Of a stretch of 64,000 nt of DNA, positions 54,518 through 64,000 are shown piece by piece. How positions within the stretch are numbered: position 1 is the stretch's first letter; each line of letters begins with the position of its first letter. Source of the stretch: Escherichia coli. GTDB lineage: Bacteria > Pseudomonadota > Gammaproteobacteria > Enterobacterales > Enterobacteriaceae. The position numbers and the translations under genes are program-made. The notes below the pieces were generated by a model, which searched no databases, was not told the origin of the DNA, and saw nothing but the letters and a program-made list of their open reading frames with translations. The stretch lies in NCBI RefSeq assembly GCF_001677475.2, contig NZ_CP015229.1, one strand, 5' to 3'.

Positions 54518-55213
54518 TTAAACCGGCGGCAGATCGAACAGTAACACTTCGCTGTCGCTATCCGCATGGATGGAGATTGCCTGCTCATCCCAGATTGCCA
54601 GACCATCGCTGGTCGAGGCTTTCACGCCGTTAATGGTGACATTGCCTTTCACCACCTGGATCCAGACGCGGCGTTCAGCGGCAATCTGATGCACCGACTG
54701 CTCATCTTTCAGCAATGCCCAACGATACAGTTCCATATCCTGATGCACTTTCAGCGAACCATCTCGCGCATCCGGCGAGAGCACCAGCTGTTTGCCCTGT
54801 ACGGCATCGAAGCGACGCTGTTCATAACGCGGCGTAATGCCGTTTTCTTCAGGCATGATCCAGATCTGATACAGATGCAGACGCTCGGTGCTGCTTGGGT
54901 TGTACTCAGAGTGACGGATACCCGTACCCGCACTCATAATCTGGAACTCACCCGCCGGAACCTGCTCTTTATTGCCCATGCTGTCCTGATGTTCAACAGT
55001 ACCTTCCAGCACGTAGGTCAAAATTTCCATATCTTTATGCGGGTGAGTGCCGAAGCCCTGCCCTGCTTCAATCACGTCGTCATTAATCACGCGCAGCGCG
55101 GAGAAACCCATAAAGTTCGGATCGTAATAGTTGGCAAAAGAGAAAGTATGCCAGGAGTCCAGCCAGCCATGATTTGCATGACCACGTTCATTTGCTTTGC
55201 GTAAGTAGATCAT
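54518..55213 (-). CDS. yhhW: YhhW, pirin-like cupin (quercetin 2,3-dioxygenase)
   Basis: 231-aa ORF with pirin metal-binding His residues (HPHKDMEILTYVLEG). Confidence 0.92.
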   Translation of the reverse strand: MIYLRKANERGHANHGWLDSWHTFSFANYYDPNFMGFSALRVINDDVIEAGQGFGTHPHKDMEILTYVLEGTVEHQDSMGNKEQVPAGEFQIMSAGTGIRHSEYNPSSTERLHLYQIWIMPEENGITPRYEQRRFDAVQGKQLVLSPDARDGSLKVHQDMELYRWALLKDEQSVHQIAAERRVWIQVVKGNVTINGVKASTSDGLAIWDEQAISIHADSDSEVLLFDLPPV

Positions 55214-55335
55214 TTGTATTCGCCCCCTGAATGTTTTCGATGGGCTTAGTGTGGACCCGATCTGCCTGGGATGATAGAGGGTGAAAATTGACCCCTCTGT
55301 TCAAAAAAATTGAACTATTCGAGGGGCCATCAAAC

Positions 55336-56373
55336 TTACTTCGCGAGAGTCACTGTGGAGGGAGAAGCTTGCTCAAAACCGCGTTCAAGGATTTCCAGAT
55401 TGGTAAGAACTTCAGATTCCTTGACGTAATTTGGCGCACCGTTGGTGATGGTTTGGTACAACGCATCATAAACGCGCCCATAATCGCCCATTTCTGGCTT
55501 CATCTCTTCTCTGACCGTCACGCCCTCTTCATTGACATACTCCAGCACACCGACCGAATCATCCGCCGCGAATCCCGGTTCGCCCGGCATAATATTAGCC
55601 TTCAGGCTGGTTTCCTGCTGGTCGATACCGTATTTAATAAACGAACCTTTCTTACCGTGAACGATAAATTTCGGATAATCGATTTTCACCAGATGGCTGG
55701 TTTTGACGATGGCTTTCAGGTCGCCATAAAACAGCTGCGCTTCAAAGGTGTCGTCAGGATTGGCTTTATTACGCAGGCTGCGGATGTCATAAGCGACGTG
55801 ATCCGGGCGACCGAACAGAGAAATAATCTGGTCCATCGTATGCACACCAAGGCCATAGAACGCGCCATCCTGCGGCAACCCAGGTTTGGTTTCTGCCACC
55901 GGGCGGTAATAGTCAAAATGGCTTTCCACTTCGACAATCTCTCCCAGCTTGCCGCTTTCAATCGCTTTTTTCGCTGTCAGGAAGCAGGAATCAAAACGAC
56001 GATTCTGATACGGCGTGACGGTCAACCCTTTGCTTTTCGCCAGTGCAAAAAGCTCTTTCGCCTGCGCAAGCGTCGGGGTGAACGGTTTTTCGACCAGCAC
56101 ATTTTTCCCGGCTTCCAGCGCGCGTTTCGCGTACTCGAAGTGGCTGTCCGCGTGGGTGCAGACAACAACCAGCTTAACATCGGGATCGTTTAGCACTTCG
56201 TCGAGATCGCTGGTGAAATGGATATGGGAATAAATGGGAGCCTGTTCTTCCGGCTTCGCATGGCGACGAAAAATATGCGCGACATGCCAGCTATCCTTGC
56301 GGTTAAGTACATACGGCAGATGGTAACGGGTGGTGCTTTTGCCGAAGCCAATAAAGGCGCAGTTGATGACCAT
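55336..56373 (-). CDS. yhhX: YhhX, Gfo/Idh/MocA-family NAD(P)-dependent oxidoreductase
   Basis: 345-aa ORF; N-terminal Rossmann motif. Confidence 0.92.
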   Translation of the reverse strand: MVINCAFIGFGKSTTRYHLPYVLNRKDSWHVAHIFRRHAKPEEQAPIYSHIHFTSDLDEVLNDPDVKLVVVCTHADSHFEYAKRALEAGKNVLVEKPFTPTLAQAKELFALAKSKGLTVTPYQNRRFDSCFLTAKKAIESGKLGEIVEVESHFDYYRPVAETKPGLPQDGAFYGLGVHTMDQIISLFGRPDHVAYDIRSLRNKANPDDTFEAQLFYGDLKAIVKTSHLVKIDYPKFIVHGKKGSFIKYGIDQQETSLKANIMPGEPGFAADDSVGVLEYVNEEGVTVREEMKPEMGDYGRVYDALYQTITNGAPNYVKESEVLTNLEILERGFEQASPSTVTLAK

Positions 56374-56494
56374 GATTTCGTCCTTTTTAAGGTGATTATT
56401 TACACCTTAGCGCAAAGCGGACGTGGTTCCTACTGGAGTGCGCATAACGAACACAAGCACTTCCCGTGGATAAATTGAAAACGAAAGATCAAAA

Positions 56495-56584
56495 AAAAGC
56501 CAGCACCCGGCTGGCTAAGTAATACTGGAAGCAATGTGAGCAATGTCGTGCTTTCAGGTTCTCCGCGAGGGTCTTCCTGATCGC
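56495..56584 (-). ncRNA. ryhB: RyhB small RNA (Fur-repressed iron-sparing sRNA)
   Basis: Minus-strand sequence reads GCGATCAGGAAGACCCTCGCGGAGAACCTGAAAGCACGACATTGCTCACATTGCTTCCAGTATTACTTAGCCAGCCGGGTGCTGGCTTTT, matching RyhB as I recall it, ending in a GC-rich hairpin plus U-tract. Confidence 0.9.
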
Positions 56585-56586
56585 GA

Positions 56587-56607
56587 GACAATAATAATCA
56601 TTCTCAT
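56587..56607 (-). promoter_or_regulatory. Fur box overlapping the ryhB promoter
   Basis: Minus strand AATGAGAATGATTATTATTGTC immediately upstream of the RyhB 5' end. Confidence 0.6.
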
Positions 56608-56705
56608 TCGCACTTGTCCAACACTTTTTGCAAAAAAATGCATTTGACTCGCATTTGAAAGTCAATGATGTTGAAAGGGACATTTACCCCAAAGAGGACA
56701 AAGGA

Positions 56706-57194
56706 ATGAGTGAGATAGTGATACGCCACGCAGAAACACGGGATTACGAGGCCATCAGGCAGATTCACGCCCAGCCGGAGGTGTATTGCAACACACTACA
56801 ACTACCTCATCCTTCGGAAGGCTGGTGGCCAGAAAGATTGAAAGATCGCCAGGGGTTTAAACAACTGGTTGCCAGCATTGATGGCATCGTGGTGGGTCAT
56901 CTTTTCATTGAGGCTTATCAAGGCCCACGCCGTAGTCATGTTGCAACTTTTGGTATCTGTGTTGACTCCCGCTGGCACAACCGCGGCGTCGCCAGCGCCC
57001 TGATCCGCGAATTGATTGAAATGTGCGACAACTGGTTACGGATAGATCGTATTGAGTTGACGGTGTTTGCGGATAACGCCCCGGCAATCGCCGTCTATAA
57101 AAAATTCGGCTTTCACATAGAAGGCACCGGCAAAAATTACGCTTTTCGTAATGGTGAATATGTCGATGCATATTATATGGCGCGGGTGAAATAA
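56706..57194 (+). CDS. yhhY: YhhY, GNAT-family N-acetyltransferase
   Basis: Track ORF 56628..57194; start at ATG 56706 (MSEIVIRHAETRDY); 162 aa; the N-terminal extension in the track overlaps the ryhB promoter. Confidence 0.9.
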   Translation: MSEIVIRHAETRDYEAIRQIHAQPEVYCNTLQLPHPSEGWWPERLKDRQGFKQLVASIDGIVVGHLFIEAYQGPRRSHVATFGICVDSRWHNRGVASALIRELIEMCDNWLRIDRIELTVFADNAPAIAVYKKFGFHIEGTGKNYAFRNGEYVDAYYMARVK

Positions 57195-57220
57195 AGAATT
57201 TGCAATATAAGTTTGTCATT

Positions 57221-57247
57221 TAAGCCCTCACCTACCGGGAGAGGGCT
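57221..57247. terminator. Hairpin between convergent yhhY and ggt
   Basis: AAGCCCTC acctaccggga GAGGGCTT inverted repeat in a 60-bp intergenic region. Confidence 0.6.
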
Positions 57248-57254
57248 TAAGATA

Positions 57255-58988
57255 TTAATAACCCGCCGTTAAATCATCCACCGAGCGCGGGTCAGATGCG
57301 CCGTACAACTCGCCGTCCGGCCCAACCATAATGCTTTGTGTGCTGCCCATCGCCTCTTTCAGCGCTACTTTCTGACCTTTTGCTTCCAGCAGCTTGAGCG
57401 TATCCGGGCTAAATCCTTTCTCGACACGCAGCTCGTCCGGCAACCACTGATGGTGGAAACGCGGTGCATTGGTCGCTTCGGCGACATTCATACCATAATC
57501 GATGCTATTCACCACCATTTGCAGCACGGTAGTGATGATCCGGCTACCGCCAGGGCTACCGGTGACCAGCCAGGTTTTACCGTCTTTCACCACAATGGTT
57601 GGTGACATCGACGACAGCGGACGTTTATTCGGCCCGACGGCGTTGGCATCACCGCCCACCAGCCCGTAAACGTTCGGTACGCCAGGTTTGGCGGAGAAAT
57701 CATCCATTTGGTTATTAAGCAGAATACCGCTATCACCCGCGACAATGCCCGTACCGAAGGTGGTGTTCAGCGTATAGGTCACCGCTACCGCGTTGCCGTC
57801 TTTATCCACCACTGAGTAATGGGTAGTTTGATTACTCTCATAAGGCGCAAGCTTGCCGGGGCGAATTTCGCTGGATGGCTTCGCTTTATTGATATCGATT
57901 TGATCGGCAATGGATTTGGCATAGGCTTTATTGGTCAGCGCCTGCCACGGCACTTTGACAAAATCCGGGTCGCCAAGATATTCCGAGCGGTCGGCGTAGG
58001 CGTATTTCTCAGCTTCAGCCATGATTTGCATCGCGTCGGCACTGCCAAAGCCGTATTTCTTCATATCGAAGTTTTCCAGAATATTGAGGATTTGTACGAT
58101 ATGGATCCCGCCGGAGGATGGCGGTGGCATGGAGTAAACCTGATACCCGCGATAATCGCCGCTTATTGGTGTGCGTTCGACCGCTTTATACGCCGCTAAA
58201 TCTTCTTTGGTGATCAAGCCACCGTTTTTCTGCATCTCCTGGGCAATCTGTTCCGCTATCGTGCCTTTGTAGAATTCGTCCGGGCCGTTTTCGGCAATCA
58301 TCTCCAGGCTCTTTGCCAGGTTCGCCTGCACCAGCTTGTCGCCCTTTTTCAGCGGCTCGCCCTCTTTCCAGAAGATAGCCTTGCTGTTTTCGTGGTTCGG
58401 CAGCACTTCACTGCCGTAGGTTTTGAGATCGTCTGCCAAAGCATCGTTAACGATAAAACCATCGCGTGCCAGTTTAAACGCCGGCTGCACGACTTTATTC
58501 AGCGGCATAGTGCCGTACTTATCCAACGCCAGCGAGAAACCTGCGACCGTACCGGGCGTGCCGGAAGCCAGATGCGAAGTGAGTGATTTTTTGCTGTCCG
58601 GGTTGCCCTGGTCATCAAGGAACATATCGCGGGTCGCTTTGGCGGGTGCCATTTCGCGGAAATCAATCGCCGTGGTGTTGCCATCTTTAGTGCGGATCAG
58701 CATAAAACCACCGCCGCCCAGATTCCCCGCCTGCGGATGCGTTACCGCCAGCGCATACCCCACCGCCACGGCGGCATCAACGGCATTACCACCTTCTTTA
58801 AGGATATTCACCCCCACCTGAGTGGCAGTAGCATCCACAGACGCCACCATCCCCTGTTTCGCGCGTACCGGATGAAAGACATCTTCCTCCACGCCATAAG
58901 AAACAGGAGGCGCGGCGGCGGCGCTAAAACAACTTCCTGAGAGCAGAGCAGCAATGGCCACCCGGCGTAAAAACGTCGGTTTTATCAT
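57255..58988 (-). CDS. ggt: Gamma-glutamyltranspeptidase
   Basis: Track ORF 57255..59015; start at MIKPTFLRRVA (signal peptide); catalytic Thr in QTTHYSVVD; 580 aa. Confidence 0.96.
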   Translation of the reverse strand: MIKPTFLRRVAIAALLSGSCFSAAAAPPVSYGVEEDVFHPVRAKQGMVASVDATATQVGVNILKEGGNAVDAAVAVGYALAVTHPQAGNLGGGGFMLIRTKDGNTTAIDFREMAPAKATRDMFLDDQGNPDSKKSLTSHLASGTPGTVAGFSLALDKYGTMPLNKVVQPAFKLARDGFIVNDALADDLKTYGSEVLPNHENSKAIFWKEGEPLKKGDKLVQANLAKSLEMIAENGPDEFYKGTIAEQIAQEMQKNGGLITKEDLAAYKAVERTPISGDYRGYQVYSMPPPSSGGIHIVQILNILENFDMKKYGFGSADAMQIMAEAEKYAYADRSEYLGDPDFVKVPWQALTNKAYAKSIADQIDINKAKPSSEIRPGKLAPYESNQTTHYSVVDKDGNAVAVTYTLNTTFGTGIVAGDSGILLNNQMDDFSAKPGVPNVYGLVGGDANAVGPNKRPLSSMSPTIVVKDGKTWLVTGSPGGSRIITTVLQMVVNSIDYGMNVAEATNAPRFHHQWLPDELRVEKGFSPDTLKLLEAKGQKVALKEAMGSTQSIMVGPDGELYGASDPRSVDDLTAGY

Positions 58989-59107
58989 CGTTATTCTCCA
59001 GAGATTAAGGGGCAACCCCAGCTAAGCCTGGTATATAACTCTGAATTAATCCTGATGATTGCAGGAAAGGAGTAAACTTAAAGAATATCTTCAGAGGAGG
59101 ATACGCG

Positions 59108-59500
59108 ATGAAACGACTTCTGATTCTTACGGCACTCCTGCCGTTTGTCGGCTTTGCACAGCCCATTAATACTCTGAACAACCCTAACCAGCCGGGGTAT
59201 CAGATCCCCAGTCAGCAGCGGATGCAAACCCAAATGCAAACGCAGCAAATCCAGCAAAAAGGGATGCTGAATCAGCAACTGAAAACGCAAACTCAGTTGC
59301 AACAACAGCATTTAGAAAACCAGATAAACAATAATTCTCAGCGGGTGTTGCAGTCACAGCCGGGGGAGCGAAATCCCGCCCGGCAGCAAATGCTGCCCAA
59401 CACCAACGGCGGGATGTTAAACAGCAACCGTAATCCGGATAGTTCGTTGAATCAGCAGCATATGCTGCCGGAGAGGAGAAACGGCGACATGCTGAATTAG
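59108..59500 (+). CDS. yhhA: YhhA, secreted Gln/Asn-rich protein of unknown function
   Basis: 130-aa ORF with signal peptide ([17 protein letters not shown]) and Q/N-rich low-complexity sequence. Confidence 0.85.
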
Positions 59501-59534
59501 CCCAGCACGCCGCAGCCTGATATTCCGTTGAAAA

Positions 59535-60278
59535 CTATTGGGCCGTAAAGTTCGGACCAATCACGTCAATCGCATCGGTACAGATGCAATCCACGCCCCA
59601 GCGCAGCAACTCTGTCGCGCGCTGGGGTTTATTGACGGTATAAACCAGAATCCGTAATCCGGCGTCTTTCAACTGCATCACTCGCGCTTTATCGAGTAAC
59701 TTATGATTGAGATGAATAGAGACGCAGCCCAGCCGCGCGGTCAGTTCTCGCCAGTCGTCGCGCCACTCATCAAGCAATAAACCGCGCGGCAGTTCTGGTA
59801 CTGCTTGTTGCGCGGCTTCTAAAGCATCAATCTCAAACGATGACAGCAGCGGCGGCGTCATATCGGCCCACAGTTCGCGTGCCGCCAGCGCCACCATTTT
59901 GCCCGTTAATGGTCCAGTGCCAGTGGTGGGTTTGATTTCGATATTCGCCATCATCCCGTGTTCACGACAGCGTTCCGCCACCTGCGAAAGCAACGGTAGC
60001 GGCTCACCTTTAAACATTTTGCTGTACCAACTGCCCGCATCCACGCGCAGTAAATCCTGCCAGTTCAGTTCACCCGCGACGCCCCAGCCGTTGCTGGTAC
60101 GTTCGAGATTGTCGTCATGAAGCAGGAAGATCTCGCCATCTTTCGATAACTTCGCGTCAAATTCGATCATCTTATGACCGTATTTTGCCCCGACGTCGAT
60201 TGCCGCCAGGGTGTTTTCGGGGGCCAGCTTACCGCCGCCACGATGAGCGACGATGCGGGGATAAGGCCAGTTACTCAT
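59535..60278 (-). CDS. ugpQ: Cytoplasmic glycerophosphodiester phosphodiesterase
   Basis: 247-aa ORF; GDPD-family motifs (VAHRGG); last gene of ugp operon. Confidence 0.95.
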   Translation of the reverse strand: MSNWPYPRIVAHRGGGKLAPENTLAAIDVGAKYGHKMIEFDAKLSKDGEIFLLHDDNLERTSNGWGVAGELNWQDLLRVDAGSWYSKMFKGEPLPLLSQVAERCREHGMMANIEIKPTTGTGPLTGKMVALAARELWADMTPPLLSSFEIDALEAAQQAVPELPRGLLLDEWRDDWRELTARLGCVSIHLNHKLLDKARVMQLKDAGLRILVYTVNKPQRATELLRWGVDCICTDAIDVIGPNFTAQ

Positions 60279-61345
60279 ACTCGTTGTCCTGTTTCACCAT
60301 CAAAAAGATGCAGCTGATTTTCCGCCAAATGCAGCCACAGCGTGCTGCCTGCCGTCGGGCGCTCCTGATGCGCCAGTCGCACCACCAGCTTCTGCTCGCC
60401 CCAGCGTCCGTGCGCCAGGTTATCTGCGCCGAGGATCTCCAGCGTATCCATCACCAGCGGTACGCCACCTTCTGCTTGCGAGCTTAGCGCAATATGTTCC
60501 GGGCGAATGCCGAGGGTCATTTTACGCCCGGCATACTGACGGTAGCCACCGTTTAGCGGCAGCTCAATACCGCCGTCCAGTTCGAAATGCGTGCCTTCGT
60601 TATTCACGCGGCCTGTCAGCAGGTTCATCGCCGGGCTGCCGATAAAACTCGCCACAAACAGGCTGGCGGGCTTTTCATACACTTCAACCGGAGTGCCAAT
60701 CTGTTCGGCAACGCCGCCGTTCATCACCATCACCCGCTGAGCGAGCGTCATCGCCTCAACCTGATCGTGAGTAACGTAGAGTGAAGTCGTTTTCAGGCGA
60801 CGGTGCAATTGCTGCAACTCAAGGCGCATCTGCACGCGCAGCTTGGCATCAAGGTTCGAGAGCGGCTCATCAAACAAAAATACCGCCGGATCGCGCACAA
60901 TCGCGCGCCCCATTGCCACGCGCTGGCGCTGCCCGCCGGAAAGCTCACGCGGGCGACGTTTGAGCAGACCGTCCAGCTCCAGAATGCGCGCCGCTTCTTT
61001 AACGCGCTCGGCTATTTGCTGCTTGCCCATGCCGCGAATTTTCAGCCCCCACGCCATGTTTTCTTCGACGCTCATATGCGGATAAAGCGCGTAGTTCTGG
61101 AACACCATCGCAATCCCGCGATCTTTCGGCTCCATTTCGGTCACACGCTCATTGTTGATCCAGATATCGCCTTCCGTTACCCGCTCCAGCCCGGCAACCA
61201 TGCGCAGCAGCGTGGATTTCCCGCAGCCAGACGGCCCGACCATCACGATAAATTCGCCATCCGCCACATCAAGGGTCAGCGGTTTAATCACCTGGGTTTT
61301 GCCATCCCAGCTTTTGGTTACTGCCTGTAATTTCAGTCCTGCCAT
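60275..61345 (-). CDS. ugpC: sn-glycerol-3-phosphate ABC transporter ATPase
   Basis: Track ORF 60275..61384; start at MAGLKLQAV; Walker [10 protein letters not shown] and ABC signature LSGGQRQR; 356 aa. Confidence 0.95.
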   Translation of the reverse strand: MAGLKLQAVTKSWDGKTQVIKPLTLDVADGEFIVMVGPSGCGKSTLLRMVAGLERVTEGDIWINNERVTEMEPKDRGIAMVFQNYALYPHMSVEENMAWGLKIRGMGKQQIAERVKEAARILELDGLLKRRPRELSGGQRQRVAMGRAIVRDPAVFLFDEPLSNLDAKLRVQMRLELQQLHRRLKTTSLYVTHDQVEAMTLAQRVMVMNGGVAEQIGTPVEVYEKPASLFVASFIGSPAMNLLTGRVNNEGTHFELDGGIELPLNGGYRQYAGRKMTLGIRPEHIALSSQAEGGVPLVMDTLEILGADNLAHGRWGEQKLVVRLAHQERPTAGSTLWLHLAENQLHLFDGETGQRV

Positions 61346-61346
61346 C

Positions 61347-62192
61347 TTATTTCTCACTATCGACCAGGCCGCGCACGAAGGCACGCTGCATCACTAAAAC
61401 AATCACTACTGGTGGGATCAGGGTTAACAACATCGCCGCCATCACCGAGTTCCATTCCGTGGTGCCTTCGCCAGTGGCGATCATCCCTTTAATCCCTGCC
61501 ACGGTGGTGCCGAGATCAACGTCGGTAATAATCAACAACGGCCACAAATACTGGTTCCAGCCGTAAATAAAGGTGATCACAAACAGCGCCGCCAGATTAG
61601 TTTTGGAGAGCGGAAAAACGATGTCGCAAAAGAAGCGCATTGGTGACGCACCGTCGATCCGCGCCGCTTCCACCAGCTCATCCGGCAGCGTCATAAAGAA
61701 CTGGCGGAAAAGAAACGTGGCGGTCGCCGAGGCCATCAGCGGCAGCGTTAAACCGGCGTAGCTGTCGAGCATCTTCAGATTGGCGATGACTTCCACCGTC
61801 GGGAAAATACGCACTTCAACCGGCAGCATCAGGGTGATAAAAATCATCCAGAAGAATAGGTTACGTAGCGGAAAACGAAACCAGACAATGGCAAATGCCG
61901 AGAGCATCGAGACGGTAATTTTGCCGAGCGTAATGCTGAACGCCATCACAAAGCTGTTAAGCAACATCCGCCAGAACGGCGCGCTATTCGTGCCTACCCC
62001 GTTCACCCAGATGTTGTGGATGTTTTCCAGCAGATGCGTGCCGGGGATGAGCGTCATCGGCGCGGCGTAGACGGCCTGTTTATCCAGCGTCGCCGCGACA
62101 AACGCCACGTACAGCGGGAAGAGGATCACCGCGATCCCGAGGATCAGCATGGTATGGCTGAATATCGTCAGCCACGGACGGTTCTCAATCAT
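61347..62192 (-). CDS. ugpE: sn-glycerol-3-phosphate ABC transporter permease
   Basis: 281-aa polytopic ORF between ugpA and ugpC. Confidence 0.95.
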
Positions 62193-63076
62193 TGGTAACG
62201 CACCTTGCTTTCAACATAGCGGAACTGCACCACCGTCAGCACGATGACGAGGAACATCAACACCACCGACTGCGCGGCAGACGAAGCCAGATCCAGTCCG
62301 GTAAAGCCTTCGCGGTAAATCTTATAAATCAGCGTCGTGGTGGCCTGAACCGGCCCGCCGGACGTGGCGGCGTCGATCACCGGGAAGGTGTCGAAGAAGG
62401 CGTACACCAGGTTCACCACCAGCAGGAAGAAACTCACCGGGGCGATAAGCGGCAGAGCAATCTTAAAGAAGCGGCGAATCGGCCCTGCACCGTCGATGGC
62501 TGCGGCTTCGATCAACGAACGGGGAATGGATTGCAGCGCGGCATAGAAGAACAGAAAGTTGTAGCTGATTTGCTTCCACACCGAGGCAAACACCACCAGA
62601 AACATTGCCTGACCGCTGTTTTGCGCGTGGTTCCAGTCGTAGCCGAACTCAGCGAGAAAATGGGTGATCAGCCCACGGCCGGGGTTAAACAGGAAGATCC
62701 ACAATACTGCGGCAACGGCGGGAGCCACGGCATACGGCAGCAGCATCAAGGTTTGATAGAAACGACTGCCGCGCACGATGTACTCCACCAGCGCCGCGAA
62801 GAACAGCGACACCAGCAAACCGCTAACGGTGACAAAGGTGCTGAATTTTATCGTCGTCCAGAAGGAATCGAGATAGTAGCTGTCATGGAACAGCGTGACG
62901 AAGTTATCCAGGCCGACAAACTGGCTGGAGAAACCAAACGGATCGACGCTTTGTAGCGAGTACCACAACGCTTCGCCCGCAGGCCAGATAAAAAAGATAA
63001 CGGTGATGATGAGCTGCGGCGCGACCAGCAGATAAGGCAGCCAGCGCGAGCGGAACACCGGACGGGATGATGACAT
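62189..63076 (-). CDS. ugpA: sn-glycerol-3-phosphate ABC transporter permease
   Basis: 295-aa polytopic ORF; overlaps ugpE start by 4 nt. Confidence 0.95.
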
Positions 63077-63097
63077 TACGGTTAATTCCTGAACTGT

Positions 63098-63164
63098 GCC
63101 GGATGCGCTTCGCTTATCCGGCCTACACGCGATGCCAGGTCAGATAAGCGAAACGCATCCGACA
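63098..63164. repeat. REP elements (BIME-like pair) between ugpA and ugpB
   Basis: TGCCGGATGCGCTTCGCTTATCCGGCCTACA and inverted partial copy GATAAGCGAAACGCATCCGACA. Confidence 0.65.
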
Positions 63165-63173
63165 TTACACTGA

Positions 63174-64000
63174 TTAAGACTTCGTCGATTTCTCAAAGCG
63201 GCGCAGTAACTGATTCCCACGCTCAACGGCGGTATCCAGCGCCTGCTGTGGCGTCTTCTTACCGGTCCACACGCTCTCCAGCTCTTCATCCACAATCACG
63301 CGGATTTGCGGCATGTTGCCCAGACGCAGCCCTTTGGTGAACGGCAACGGCGGCTTGTTCAGCATCTGACGCGTCGCGGTATCCGCCCCTGGGTTTTTCT
63401 CATAAAAGCCCTGCTCACGGGTCAGGTCATACGCTGCTTTGGTGATTGGCAGATAACCGGTTTTCTGATGCCACTCGGCAGCGTTTTCTGGCTTCGCGAG
63501 GAAGTCGAGGAACTTCGCCACGCCGGTATACGTTTCTTTATCTTTGCCCTGCATCACCCACAGGCTGGCTCCGCCGATAATGGCATTTTGTGGCGCATCT
63601 TTCGCGTCAGCGTCGTAAGGCATCATGCCTACGCCATAGTTGAATTTGGCGTACTCGCGAATGTTGGCAAGCGAACCGGAAGAGGCGGTGGTCATCGCGC
63701 AATCACCGTTATAGAACTTCTCGGTGGATTCATCCTTACGACCGACGTAGCTGAAGTCGCCCTTCTTGTTCATCTCCTCGAGCATGGCAATGTGTTTCAC
63801 CTGCTCCGGCTTGTTGAACTCCAGCACCGCGTCCGTGCCGTCAAAACCGTTGTTTTTGCTGGCAAACGGCAGACCGTTCCAGGCGCTAAAGTTTTCCAGT
63901 TGGATCCAGCCCTGCCAGCCGCTGGCGTAGCCGCACTTCATACCGGAGGCTTTCAATTTTGCGGCATAGTCCGCCAGATCCTGCCAGGTTTTCGGCGGCT
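63174..64000 (-). CDS. ugpB: sn-glycerol-3-phosphate periplasmic binding protein, C-terminal part; 5' end lies beyond window end
   Basis: Open minus-strand frame from stop at 63174 running out of the window (track ORF 63174..63956); upstream of ugpAECQ. Confidence 0.9.
   Translation of the reverse strand, partial: PPKTWQDLADYAAKLKASGMKCGYASGWQGWIQLENFSAWNGLPFASKNNGFDGTDAVLEFNKPEQVKHIAMLEEMNKKGDFSYVGRKDESTEKFYNGDCAMTTASSGSLANIREYAKFNYGVGMMPYDADAKDAPQNAIIGGASLWVMQGKDKETYTGVAKFLDFLAKPENAAEWHQKTGYLPITKAAYDLTREQGFYEKNPGADTATRQMLNKPPLPFTKGLRLGNMPQIRVIVDEELESVWTGKKTPQQALDTAVERGNQLLRRFEKSTKS

Noticed and set aside
55288-56193. 301-aa plus-strand ORF antisense to yhhX
   Set aside because: Shadow ORF; overlaps the yhhX coding sequence over nearly its whole length.
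56489-56683. 64-aa minus-strand ORF between yhhX and yhhY
   Set aside because: Coincides with the RyhB sRNA and its promoter; explained as non-coding RNA.

Overview
This window is a contiguous piece of an Escherichia coli chromosome, assigned by recognising conserved protein motifs and a gene order that matches the K-12 map around pck, ompR/envZ, mal, glg and ugp. No search was run; all K-12 comparisons are from memory. Gene order: igaA (3' part) - yrfG - hslR - hslO - yhgE - pck - envZ/ompR - greB - tex - feoABC - rpnA(yhgA) - bioH - gntX - nfuA - gntT - malQ - malP - malT - rtcA - rtcB - rtcR - glpR - glpG - glpE - glpD - [four uncharacterised genes] - glgP - glgA - glgC - glgX - glgB - asd - yhgN - gntU - gntK - gntR - yhhW - yhhX - ryhB - yhhY - ggt - yhhA - ugpQ - ugpC - ugpE - ugpA - ugpB (3' part). 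Almost all of it is core housekeeping DNA with recognisable regulatory sites (sigma54 promoter of rtcBA, GlpR and GntR operators, MalT boxes, Fur/FNR sites at feo, RyhB sRNA with its Fur box, REP elements, several rho-independent terminators). The best candidate for an undescribed system is a compact, AT-rich, four-gene minus-strand operon at 35970-39587, between glpD and glgP. It encodes a polytopic membrane domain fused to a PstS-like periplasmic binding domain, a Cys-rich protein, a soluble protein and a small polytopic membrane protein. I cannot assign any of these to a characterised pathway, and I recall K-12 carrying only a pseudogene remnant (yzgL) at this position. Secondary points: rpnA has a strong internal ribosome-binding site and ATG that would produce a C-terminal small protein, with a degenerate copy of that tail just downstream; and yhhY abuts ggt directly, where I recall K-12 carrying yhhZ-yrhA-IS1-yrhB. 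No tRNA, rRNA, CRISPR array, IS element or prophage gene was found.
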